A DNA stretch of 32,000 nt from Halorhodospira halophila SL1 (GCF_000015585.1 NC_008789.1:2100001-2132000); one strand, 5' to 3'. Shown: positions 20,645 through 28,984, counted from the stretch's first letter. Numbers and translations are program-made. The notes: a model not told the origin generated them from the letters alone.

Positions 20645-22528
20645 CTACTGCTGATTGAAGTGCAGCGAGACGTACACCGCCCGCCCCGGCTGGTTGTAGC
20701 CGCCCACCGTCTCGTACTCCTTGTCCAGGGCGTTCTCCAGCGTCCCGCGCAGGGTCCACTCCGGGGTGATGGCGTAGCTGGTGCGGAGATTGAGGAGGCC
20801 GTAGCCGGAGAGGCGCACGCGTTCCGACTGACTGGTAGCCATATCAAAATCGGTGTCATAGCTTCGCCCCCGCAGCAGGCCAGTGGCCCCCAAGGAAAAA
20901 TCCCCCAGCTCGCGATCGATTTCCAATCGGAACGACTCACTCGGGCGCCGAAGCAACTCCTCACCCGTCTCCCGGTCCTCGTGATCGAGGTAGGTGAACG
21001 CGCCAGAAAACTGCCATTCCTGCCAGTGCGCCCCCGCCTCCAGCTCGGCACCGCGGATGCGGGCCTCTTCGACATTGCCAGGCTGCGTCCAATCCTGCTG
21101 ACCATCCACTGGCTTATCAGCGATCAAATTGTCGATGTCCGTCCGGAACAGCGCTGCATCCACATAGCCCCTTCTGACCTGCCAGCGTGCACCCACCTCC
21201 GCAGAAGCGGACGTCTCGGCCTCAAGGTCCGTATTTCCTCCGGCAAGCAACCAATTCGGGTTTTCAGGTGCATACAGGTCGTTGAATGTCGGCGCCTTGA
21301 AAGCCGTGCCGTAGCTCGAACGCAGCCGAAGTCGATCCGTTGCGTCAAAGCCCCAGGCGACCTGACCGGTCACGTTGTCACCGTAAGCCTCGTTGTCGTC
21401 GTAACGCAGGCTGGCACCGAGGTCATGTCGGCCTAAATCCAACTCGAGCTGCGAATACGCACCGGCGTTGTACCGGCTGGTTTCGTCATAATCGTCGGCG
21501 GTGTCGACTTTCTCATCTCGCCAGTCACCGCCAAAGGCCCAGACATGCCCGGCGCCCCAATACAGCTCATTCCGCCAACTTACCTCGTGGCGTTCAGTGT
21601 ACTGCCATGTCTCTCCCCGGCTATCGACGTTATCCTGCTCATCCTTCGCCTGGGAGACCGCCAGCTCGCTGAACCAGCGCTCGGTGAGGTCCCCGCGGAC
21701 GCCGCCACGGAGGGCCTGGAAGTAGTGATCCGTCCAGTCCTCTTCGCCAAGTCTTGTCCCGTCGAACTCGTTTGTACCCTCTGAGCGGAACCCCGTCGCG
21801 AAGAGTTCGGCACCGCCGGGTAGCCGATGGCTGAAACGGCCGCTGAAGCTGGTGTTCTCAAAGCCGTCGGGGTCCTCATCTCCCTCACCGTCCTGGACGT
21901 TGATCCCGTCCGTCTCGTAGTGGCTGGCCGAGAGGGCGTAGCGGCTAGCCGCAGTCCCGCCAGAGACACCCAAACCGAATTCGTGGGTGTTGAACGACCC
22001 GGCGCCGCCGAAGGCACGGAAGCGCGGAGGGCCCTCCTCCCCCTGGCGGGTGAAGACCTGGACCACACCGCCGACGGCGTCGGCGCCGTAGACGCTGGTG
22101 CGCGGCCCGCGCACCACCTCGATGCGGTCAATCTCGGCAGGAGGCAGATATTGCCAGGCGGCCCCTCCTTGCGTCGCCGAATTCATCGGCACCCCATCGA
22201 CCAGCAACAGGGTATGGTCAGAGTTGGTACCGCGCATGAACAGACTGGTGCTCTTGCCGAACGGACCCGACGTCGTCAGGCTCGACCCCGCCTGACCCTG
22301 CAGCAGATCCGAGACCTGCCGAGGCTGCTGGCGGTCGATCTGCTCGCGGTCGATGACGGAGACGGAGGACAGGGACTCATCGACGGTCTGGGCCATTCGA
22401 GTTGGCGTGACCACGAGGGGCGCGAGTTGTGCGGACTCCCCGTCGGTATCGGCGATCGCCGGGCCGGCACTTACGGCAAGACCGGCCGCCACACCCGCGG
22501 CGACCCGGCTGGTGGTGTTGCTGGGCAT
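20645..22528 (-). CDS. btuB: TonB-dependent vitamin B12 outer-membrane receptor BtuB
   Basis: From the ATG at 22528: signal peptide, then LAPLVVTPTRMAQTV (TonB-box region), VSVIDREQIDRQQPRQVSDLLQGQAG, SLFMRGTNSDHTLLLVDGVPMN and RIEVVRGPRTSVYGADAVGGVVQVFTR, which parallel E. coli BtuB. The C terminus ends in HFNQQ. The 88 N-terminal residues in the track lie in the riboswitch leader. Confidence 0.9.
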   Translation of the reverse strand: MPSNTTSRVAAGVAAGLAVSAGPAIADTDGESAQLAPLVVTPTRMAQTVDESLSSVSVIDREQIDRQQPRQVSDLLQGQAGSSLTTSGPFGKSTSLFMRGTNSDHTLLLVDGVPMNSATQGGAAWQYLPPAEIDRIEVVRGPRTSVYGADAVGGVVQVFTRQGEEGPPRFRAFGGAGSFNTHEFGLGVSGGTAASRYALSASHYETDGINVQDGEGDEDPDGFENTSFSGRFSHRLPGGAELFATGFRSEGTNEFDGTRLGEEDWTDHYFQALRGGVRGDLTERWFSELAVSQAKDEQDNVDSRGETWQYTERHEVSWRNELYWGAGHVWAFGGDWRDEKVDTADDYDETSRYNAGAYSQLELDLGRHDLGASLRYDDNEAYGDNVTGQVAWGFDATDRLRLRSSYGTAFKAPTFNDLYAPENPNWLLAGGNTDLEAETSASAEVGARWQVRRGYVDAALFRTDIDNLIADKPVDGQQDWTQPGNVEEARIRGAELEAGAHWQEWQFSGAFTYLDHEDRETGEELLRRPSESFRLEIDRELGDFSLGATGLLRGRSYDTDFDMATSQSERVRLSGYGLLNLRTSYAITPEWTLRGTLENALDKEYETVGGYNQPGRAVYVSLHFNQQ

Positions 22529-22674
22529 GCTTTCCTCCCTTCCGCGCGCCACCCGCACGCGCGTCGGTCCGGTTACACCGCAGGGAGGAAGACAGGGATG
22601 GGGGAAGGGTTCGCGCTTGCGCCCGGCAAACGGTGGCCTGCCCCGGTCTGCCGCCTCCCGCGGCACCTGGGTTC

Positions 22675-22887
22675 CCTCAGGCCGGTCTCCGGGCTCGTGG
22701 GTGGGGTCGGGTGACCCCGGGCGGATCGCCTTCCCGCAGGGCCCGCCGCCGAACGACGACGCCTTGCAGTGGCCTTCTGATCCGCCCCCCACCTACCGTT
22801 GCGGGGGCAGCGCCGGACTCGCCGCTGGGTGCGGCTGTACCGGTCTTCCCGTTTCACCCCGCCGCTGCTCGCGCGGGGCACCTGAGG
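22675..22887 (-). promoter_or_regulatory. Cobalamin (AdoCbl) riboswitch b, leader of btuB
   Basis: Minus-strand read: CCTCAGG...ggggtgaaacgggaagaccggtacagccgcacccagcggcgagtccggcgctgcccccgcaacggtaggtgggg...GCCACTG (plus-strand cagtggc at 22767-22773)...gggaaggcg...agcccggagaccggCCTGAGG. P1 is closed by CCTCAGG/CCTGAGG. Confidence 0.88.
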
Positions 22888-22895
22888 AAGTTGGT

Positions 22896-22924
22896 ACTCT
22901 AGGCAGCTCGCTCACCGGCGTCAA
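22896..22924 (-). promoter_or_regulatory. Putative sigma70-type promoter for riboswitch b/btuB (TTGACG-N17-TAGAGT)
   Basis: Minus-strand TTGACG (22924-22919) and TAGAGT (22901-22896) with a 17-nt spacer. The predicted TSS is about 2 nt before the P1 strand. Confidence 0.45.
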
Positions 22925-23009
22925 ACCGCCACCGACCCGGACCACTGGAGCCGCTGCCGAGACGCCATGACCTGTTACCCGCCACTACGGGCCCCTGTGC
23001 GCCGCCGCC

Positions 23010-23771
23010 ATGACGCCTGAGCCGCTGCGCGTGCTGCTCCTCGGCGGCACCGGCGAGGCGCTGACGCTCGGCCAAGCGCTGGAGCAGGAGCCCGGGATCG
23101 CCGCGGTCTACTCCGTGGCCGGGGTGACCCGCCACCCACGGCTACCTCAACTGCCGGTGCGTCGCGGCGGCTTCGGCGGCGCTGTCGGCCTGGCCGCGTA
23201 CCTGCAGCAGCACGGCGTGCACTGCCTGGTCGATGCCACCCACCCCTTCGCTGCCGGCATCTCCGCCAACGCAGCGGCGGCCGCCCGGCAAACGGGGACA
23301 GCCTTGCTGGCGGTGCGCCGGCCGGCGTGGCAGCCGGGGCCGGATGAGCAGTGGCATCGGGTGGCCGACATGGCCGCCGCCGCCGAGGCGCTGGGGCCAC
23401 AGTCGAGCCGGGTACTGCTGACCATCGGCAATCAGGAGGTCCCGGCCTTCTGCGCGGCACCCCACCACCGCTACTGGATCCGCTGCCTGGAGCAGCCGGC
23501 GCAGACCCCGCCCGGGGCGGAACTGCTCTTCCAGCGCGGGCCGTTCCGTTACGCCGACGAGTGCCGCCTGCTCCGCGCGCACGGCATCGACACCCTGGTC
23601 ACCAAGAACGCCGGCGGGGCCGCCACCCGCAGCAAGCTGGATGCGGCTCGGGACTGCGGGGCCCGGATCGTGATGGTCGAGCGCCCGCCGGACCCGCCCG
23701 AGGCGGAGGTGGCCACCGACGTCGGGCACGCACTGGCGTGGCTCCGCAGCTACCTTCAAGGGCGCTGGTGA
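23010..23771 (+). CDS. cobK: Precorrin-6A / cobalt-precorrin-6A reductase (CobK/CbiJ)
   Basis: 253 aa. VLLLGGTGEA, LVDATHPFAAGIS, TKNAGGAAT and KLDAARDCGARIVMVERP are typical of CobK. Confidence 0.85.
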   Translation: MTPEPLRVLLLGGTGEALTLGQALEQEPGIAAVYSVAGVTRHPRLPQLPVRRGGFGGAVGLAAYLQQHGVHCLVDATHPFAAGISANAAAAARQTGTALLAVRRPAWQPGPDEQWHRVADMAAAAEALGPQSSRVLLTIGNQEVPAFCAAPHHRYWIRCLEQPAQTPPGAELLFQRGPFRYADECRLLRAHGIDTLVTKNAGGAATRSKLDAARDCGARIVMVERPPDPPEAEVATDVGHALAWLRSYLQGRW

Positions 23772-23794
23772 CGCTTTGCTGCATCATGGATTCA

Positions 23795-23823
23795 TTGAAT
23801 CTAATTTGCTCGCCTGCTAACGT
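23795..23823 (+). promoter_or_regulatory. Putative sigma70-type promoter for riboswitch c (TTGAAT-N17-TAACGT) in a locally AT-richer patch
   Basis: Hexamers at 23795-23800 and 23818-23823. The riboswitch P1 begins about 10 nt downstream. Confidence 0.4.
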
Positions 23824-23832
23824 CCGACCCGC

Positions 23833-24060
23833 CAATGGGTGCCCGCCGAGGCCACTCCGCCTCGCGGGTTAAACGGGAAGACCGGTTCAGCCGCACCCAG
23901 CGGCGAGTCCGGCGCTGCCCCCGCAACGGTAGGTGGGTGGCGGCAGACCCCGAGAGCCACTGCGGATCGCACGTCCCCTGGGCGGCATCCGCGGGAAGGC
24001 AGTCTGCCGCCCGGAGGTCTTCTCACCTCCGCCCCACAAGCCCGGAGACCGGCCCATGGC
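23833..24060 (+). promoter_or_regulatory. Cobalamin (AdoCbl) riboswitch c, leader of the receptor-cbiD unit
   Basis: aatgggtgcc...gggttaaacgggaagaccggttcagccgcacccagcggcgagtccggcgctgcccccgcaacggtaggtgggt...GCCACTG (23956-23962)...gggaaggcag...agcccggagaccggcccatgg. Confidence 0.88.
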
Positions 24061-24216
24061 CAACCGGAAGACCGCGGGAGGCGGTGCGCCGGGATCGGTC
24101 TCCAGTGCGCGCGGCATCCTGCCGGGCGTCGCCTCGGCTAGCCGAACCCCGCCCCACTGACTCCCCGCGGTACACGCAACCGCAATCGCGCACGGGCGGT
24201 GCGCAGAGGAGTCAGC

Positions 24217-26247
24217 ATGGCTACAGGACAGCCCATCGCCAGGGCGCTGCTGAGCGGCGCCGCGGCCCTCCCCCTGATGGCAACACCGAAGGCTGGATCG
24301 GCCGAGGAACACCCCACCGTCCTCCCCGACCTGACCGTCACCGCAGCCACGCGCACGGAGCGCCAGGTGGAGCGGACACCGGCGGCCACGGAGATCCTAT
24401 CCGGAGACGACATCCGGCGCAGCGGTGCTGCCATGCTCGATGAGGCGCTTCAGGCAGAGTCGAGCATCTACACCGGGGTAGACGGCAACACCTTCTCCAT
24501 CCGCGGCGGCAACCGCGATGACATGCTCTATCTCATCGATGGCCGCCGCATCGCCGGCACCTCATCCCGTAGCAACGAACTCAACCGGATCCCGGTGAGC
24601 CATGTCGAGCGTATCGAGATCGTTAAGGGGCCCGGCAGCGTGGTCTACGGGGCGGACGCTGTGGCCGGTGTCATCAACGTGATCACGCGGCGGCCGGAGC
24701 CCGGCCTGGAAGGCGGCGTCTCCGCCCAGGCCGGAACGCCAACCGACGCGGAGGGCGGTGAGCAGTACCAAGGGGGCCTCTACCTGGGCGGTGGCACGCA
24801 AGATACGCGCTTTCGGCTCTTCGCCGACGCCCTCGAGCGCGAGGCGTACTCGGAGGAGACAACCACTCAACCCGACGAGGGTGGCGCTCCATCTTCCCAG
24901 ACCTTCGATCGGGATCTCCGCCCATCCGCCGATGTGTACACCCTCCGCGGCGGAGTGACCCACTGGTTCACCGATCGCTTCCATATCGATCTCGAAGCCG
25001 GTTTCCTGACCGAGGAGCGGCAAGAGCGCCTCGTCCAAGGCAGCGGCCCGGGCAATATTGAAGACTTTGCAGCTGTGGAGACCGAGGAGAGCGACCGGCG
25101 CGACCTGGCGGCGACGGCGGAGTGGCTGGCCACCGAAAACCTGGAGCTGCGCTACCAGGCCTACGAGAGCCATTATAAGTTTGACCGTGTCCGGTCGCAC
25201 CTTGCTCCGCAGGACTTCGCCTCGGACGCAGCAGATCGAGACTTCGGCTTCCGCGAGGCGACCTTCACCGAGCGCGTCAACGACTTCCTGGCACAATGGC
25301 AGCCGGCGCCCCGCCACACCGTGCTGACGGGCCTCGAGCACAAGCAGCAGATCTACCAGGACCTCCAGCCAGAAGACGAACCCGAGCACGACCAGTGGGT
25401 AGGCGGCGGCTTCCTGCAGCACGAGTGGCAAGCCACGGACCGCCTGGATCTGGTCTACGGCGCTCGGCATGACGAGACCTCCACGGAGGCGGACAGCACC
25501 TCGCTTCAGGCCGGAGCTGTTTACCGCCTGGCCCCCGAGGTCCGACTGCGCGCCCAGTACGCTGAAGGCTTCAAGCTGCCCGAGCTGCGCTCCTTTTACG
25601 TCGATACGGAAGATGGCCAGGGGCGCGAAGTTCGCGGCGCCTACGTCATTGACCCGGATGTTGGTAAGGACGAGACACACGAACTCGATCCCGAGAGCAG
25701 CCGCAACTACGAGTTCGGCATCGCCGGCGACCTGAATCTGCAAAGAGATATCACGGCGTTCTACGACATCGGACTCTTCTACACCGAGTACGATGATCGC
25801 ATCGGGCGGGCACCGGGGAACGGTTACCAAACCTTCAAAAACGTCGACAGCGCCCGCGCCCAGGGGGCCGAGCTCAAGCTCGGCGCCGCCTTCGACCCGC
25901 AACTCGAGCTGACGCTGGCCGCCACCTACCTCGACGCCATCGACCGCGACAGCCGGGAGACCCTCACCGATACGCCTGAATGGACAGCGGTAGCCAAGGC
26001 GCTGTGGACGCCCACGGACCCGCTGGAGGTGCAATTACGCACCCGATACGTGGATGAAGTGCGCGTTGGCGACGACTGGGACAGCGCCTACACCCTCACC
26101 GGCCTGGATGTCGCGTATGCCCCTGCGGCCTGGGATGGGCTCAGGCTCCAGGGCGGTATCGAGAACCTGCTGGATGAGGGCAACGACTCCTCCCTTCGAG
26201 CCGACCCCGGGCGCTTCGCCCGTGCAGGTGTGCGGTATGATTTCTAG
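24217..26247 (+). CDS. TonB-dependent outer-membrane receptor (cobalamin-riboswitch controlled; substrate unknown)
   Basis: MATGQPIARALLSGAAALPLMA signal peptide, LPDLTVTAATRTE, TFSIRGGNRDDMLYLIDGRRI and IEIVKGPGSVVYGADAVAGVINVITR, with a C-terminal ...ARAGVRYDF. The ATG at 24217 has an AGGAG SD. The GTG at 24199 in the track adds 6 aa. Confidence 0.88.
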   Translation: MATGQPIARALLSGAAALPLMATPKAGSAEEHPTVLPDLTVTAATRTERQVERTPAATEILSGDDIRRSGAAMLDEALQAESSIYTGVDGNTFSIRGGNRDDMLYLIDGRRIAGTSSRSNELNRIPVSHVERIEIVKGPGSVVYGADAVAGVINVITRRPEPGLEGGVSAQAGTPTDAEGGEQYQGGLYLGGGTQDTRFRLFADALEREAYSEETTTQPDEGGAPSSQTFDRDLRPSADVYTLRGGVTHWFTDRFHIDLEAGFLTEERQERLVQGSGPGNIEDFAAVETEESDRRDLAATAEWLATENLELRYQAYESHYKFDRVRSHLAPQDFASDAADRDFGFREATFTERVNDFLAQWQPAPRHTVLTGLEHKQQIYQDLQPEDEPEHDQWVGGGFLQHEWQATDRLDLVYGARHDETSTEADSTSLQAGAVYRLAPEVRLRAQYAEGFKLPELRSFYVDTEDGQGREVRGAYVIDPDVGKDETHELDPESSRNYEFGIAGDLNLQRDITAFYDIGLFYTEYDDRIGRAPGNGYQTFKNVDSARAQGAELKLGAAFDPQLELTLAATYLDAIDRDSRETLTDTPEWTAVAKALWTPTDPLEVQLRTRYVDEVRVGDDWDSAYTLTGLDVAYAPAAWDGLRLQGGIENLLDEGNDSSLRADPGRFARAGVRYDF

Positions 26248-26249
26248 GC

Positions 26250-27371
26250 ATGAGCGAGGATACCTCCCAGCCGACTGATCAACAGGCCGGCACCGCCCTG
26301 CGCCGGGGCTGGACCACCGGCGCCTGCGCCGCCGCCGCGGCGCGGGCGGCCTTCACGGGCCTGGTCAGCGGCAGCTTCCCCGACCCGGTCACCATCCGCC
26401 TGCCGCGGGACCGGAGCCCGGCCTTCGCCCTGGCCGTTCACGCTTGCGGCGACGGCTGGGCGCGGGCCGGCGTCATCAAGGACGCCGGCGACGATCCCGA
26501 CGTCACCCACGGCGCGCTGGTCTCGGTGACCGCCCGCCCCGGGGCCCCGGGGCGCGGGGTGCAGCTCCGCGCCGGCCCCGGGGTCGGTACCGTGCGGCGC
26601 AGCGGCCTGCCCGTCGCGGCCGGTGAGCCGGCGATCAACCCCGGGCCGCGGGGCTATATCGAGCAGGGCATCGCTGAGGCCGCCGCGGCGCTGTCAGCCC
26701 CGACGGACGTCACACTGGAGCTCGCCATCGAGGACGGCGAGCGCCTGGCAGCGCAGACCCTCAACCCGCGCCTGGGGATCGAGGGCGGGCTCTCGGTGCT
26801 CGGCACCACCGGGTTGTTGGTGCCGTTCTCCTGCGCCGCCTGGATCGACGCGATCCAGCGCGGCATCGACGTGGCCCGCGCCGCCGGCATCGAGCACGTA
26901 GCCGGGAGCACCGGGCGCACCTCGGAGCAGGCCGTGCAGGCTTACCACCAACTCCCCGACGAGGCGTTGATCGACATGGGCGATTTCGTCGGCGGGATGC
27001 TCAAGTACCTGCGCCGCTATCCGGTGCCGCGGGTCACCATCGCCGGCGGTGTGGCCAAGATCACCAAGCTCGCCCAGGGCTTCCTGGATGTACACTCGCG
27101 CCGCGGGCAGGCCGATCTGGCGGCGTTGGCCGAGACCGCCGGACGACTCGGCGCGGACGCCACCTGCCGGGAGGTTATGGCCACCGCCAACACGGTGGCC
27201 GAGGCGTTCGATCGGGCGCAGGCGGCCGGCCTGCCCCTGGGGGACGCGGTGGCGCGGGAGGCGCAGCAGACCGCCCTGAACCTGATCGACCCGGCGTGCA
27301 GCGAGGTGGAGGTCCTCCTCTTCGACCGCCGCGGCCAGCGGGTTGGCCGCGCCGGCTGGGCCCGGGACTGA
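26250..27371 (+). CDS. cbiD: Cobalt-precorrin-5B (C1)-methyltransferase CbiD
   Basis: 373 aa. LRRGWTTGACAAAAARAA, DAGDDPDVTHG, GEPAINPGPR and GLSVLGTTGLLVPFSCAAW are CbiD hallmarks. The ATG lies 2 nt after the receptor stop. Confidence 0.88.
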   Translation: MSEDTSQPTDQQAGTALRRGWTTGACAAAAARAAFTGLVSGSFPDPVTIRLPRDRSPAFALAVHACGDGWARAGVIKDAGDDPDVTHGALVSVTARPGAPGRGVQLRAGPGVGTVRRSGLPVAAGEPAINPGPRGYIEQGIAEAAAALSAPTDVTLELAIEDGERLAAQTLNPRLGIEGGLSVLGTTGLLVPFSCAAWIDAIQRGIDVARAAGIEHVAGSTGRTSEQAVQAYHQLPDEALIDMGDFVGGMLKYLRRYPVPRVTIAGGVAKITKLAQGFLDVHSRRGQADLAALAETAGRLGADATCREVMATANTVAEAFDRAQAAGLPLGDAVAREAQQTALNLIDPACSEVEVLLFDRRGQRVGRAGWARD

Positions 27372-27374
27372 GGC

Positions 27375-28070
27375 CTACCAGCGGCGGACCGCCTCCTCGG
27401 CCTCGGCGTTGGCCGGTCGGGCAACGAGACCACTGCGGGTCACCGCCACCCGGTACTCGGCGCCGTCGGCCATGGGCAGATAGGCGGCACTGCCGTAGGC
27501 CGCATCCACCCACGGCAGGCGATCGCCGTGGCGCTGCCCCAGCAGCCACGGATCGATACCCCGTTGGGGAGACGCCAGGGCGTGCACCGTGCGCGGGGCC
27601 GCGCGCTCCGCCTCCAGATCGGCGTAACGACCGCTGATCCGCTCCAGCCGATAGCGGGTCTCCAGCCCCAGCAGGGCCGCGAACCCGCTCCAACGCAGAA
27701 CCCGGGCATCCACCTGCCATTGATCCCCGGCCAGGGGCAGAGCGACCGTCCCCCCGTCGGGATAGGCCAACCGGGCGACGTAGCGCTGCTCATCCACCTG
27801 CTGGAAGTGGAGGGCGAGCGCCGGACGCTCCTGCTCCAGCCGCTCGTAGGCCAGCACACCCAGTGCCAGGGCGCCGGCGGTCCCCAACCCGCCGAGCAGG
27901 ATCAGCCCACCGGCCAGCCCCGAGGCACCACGGAGCAGACGACCGCGCAGCAGCGCCGCCCCGCCGGCAACGGTCAGCCCGAGGGCGAGGGCCAGCAGCA
28001 GTGCCCCCAGGGCGAGCCCCGCCCAGCCGAACCCACTGATCGGAGCCGCCGCTTCCAGCCACCCGTACAT
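27375..28070 (-). CDS. Hypothetical membrane protein (2-3 N-terminal TM segments plus a roughly 150-aa soluble domain), family not recognised
   Basis: 231-aa ORF. The ATG has a GGGGGAGA SD. Gly/Ala/Leu-rich TM segments are followed by non-repetitive sequence (YVARLAYPDGGTVALPLAGDQWQVDARVLRW...). No competing credible ORF. Confidence 0.6.
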   Translation of the reverse strand: MYGWLEAAAPISGFGWAGLALGALLLALALGLTVAGGAALLRGRLLRGASGLAGGLILLGGLGTAGALALGVLAYERLEQERPALALHFQQVDEQRYVARLAYPDGGTVALPLAGDQWQVDARVLRWSGFAALLGLETRYRLERISGRYADLEAERAAPRTVHALASPQRGIDPWLLGQRHGDRLPWVDAAYGSAAYLPMADGAEYRVAVTRSGLVARPANAEAEEAVRRW

Positions 28071-28258
28071 GCGGTCTCCCCCGCGAACCCGCGACGCTGT
28101 AACCTATGCGGGATGATACGCTGAGTGATTGCGTATATGGTGTCCGGAGCGCTCGGCCGGGGCCGTCGCGGCCGGGCTCGCGGTATAAGCGCGCACCCTG
28201 TTCCGCGCAACAATTGGTTTGGTACAAAGTAGCCGATGAACTAATCGGGAGGTCCGGT

Positions 28259-28936
28259 ATGGAAGCGTTTGATCCTATCCTGCTACTCGTCGTCGGTGCC
28301 GTGGTCGGCGCCGCTGTGGGTGCCTACGTCGGGCGCGCCTCGTCGCCCAACACCCAGGAGATCCGCGACGCCGAGAGCGTGGCCCGTCGCAACCGCGAGG
28401 AAGTGCGCAACGTCCGCAGTGAAGTGGACCAGCACTTCGAGCAGACCGCCCAGATCATGGGTGAGGTCACCAAGGCGTATCGTCGTCTGTACGAGCACAT
28501 GGCCACCAGTTCCCAGCGCCTGGCCCCGCGCCGCACTCAGGACCTGGTGAAGTCCCTGGGCGACCAGCGCCTGCTCTCCCAGGACGTGGTCGAGCAGTCC
28601 GCGCGGCGCATGAGCGAGATGAAGGCCAAGGAGCAGCGTGAGGCCCAGGCCCGCCGCCAGATCAGCCAGGAGCGTTCCGAGCGTTCTTCCGGCCAGCAGC
28701 AGCGGTCCGCCTCGGCCAGCAGCAGCCGCAGCAGCGATTCCTCCGAGTCCGCTATCGGCTCCTCCACCCGCTCCTCCGAGTCCGCCATCGGCCGTCGTCC
28801 GACGCGCAGCCGCTCCACCACCTCCTCCTCCCGGTCCCGCAGCAGTGCCCCGGAGCGCACCCGGAGCACGGCCACCGAGGAGCGGGGCAGCGGTAGCACC
28901 GAGAAGCGGCGCCGGCGCCCCGGCATCTTCAGCTGA
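28259..28936 (+). CDS. YhcB/ZapG (DUF1043)-like inner-membrane protein with a roughly 95-aa Ser/Arg-rich C-terminal tail
   Basis: The ATG at 28259 has a GGGAGG SD. N-terminal TM ILLLVVGAVVGAAVGAYVG. HFEQTAQIMGEVTKAYRRLYEHMATSSQRL parallels E. coli YhcB HFARSAELLDTMAHDYRQLYQHMAKSSSSL. The tail is low-complexity S/R/T. Confidence 0.7.
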   Translation: MEAFDPILLLVVGAVVGAAVGAYVGRASSPNTQEIRDAESVARRNREEVRNVRSEVDQHFEQTAQIMGEVTKAYRRLYEHMATSSQRLAPRRTQDLVKSLGDQRLLSQDVVEQSARRMSEMKAKEQREAQARRQISQERSERSSGQQQRSASASSSRSSDSSESAIGSSTRSSESAIGRRPTRSRSTTSSSRSRSSAPERTRSTATEERGSGSTEKRRRRPGIFS

Positions 28937-28984
28937 AGAGCCGCACGGGACGCCGGATGGTCAACTGACCGTCCAGCGCACGAT

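Noticed and set aside
22353-22970. ORFs of 100-205 aa across 22353-22970, and the first 88 aa of the 715-aa btuB ORF
   Set aside because: They fall in the riboswitch b leader and promoter. btuB has a well-placed ATG at 22528 with a GGAGGAAAG SD and a signal peptide.
23835-24443. 202-aa and other small ORFs over riboswitch c (23835-24443, 23839-24141, 23887-24312)
   Set aside because: The region is explained by a structured RNA leader. The translations are Arg/Pro-rich with no SD.
24562-26034. 490-aa minus-strand ORF
   Set aside because: Antisense shadow of the third TonB-dependent receptor, with no family motifs.
20645-26247. Visibly lower GC in the btuB and third-receptor coding regions as a possible sign of horizontal transfer
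   Set aside because: Outer-membrane beta-barrels are rich in Tyr, Asn, Asp, Phe and Thr, which lowers GC regardless of origin. No flanking mobile-element genes, tRNA or direct repeats were seen, and I did not compute composition statistics.
28218-28235. Sigma54-like TGGTAC-N-TAGC motif upstream of the yhcB-like gene
   Set aside because: The GG-to-GC spacing is one nucleotide short of the -24/-12 consensus, and the -12 element is TAGC rather than TTGC.
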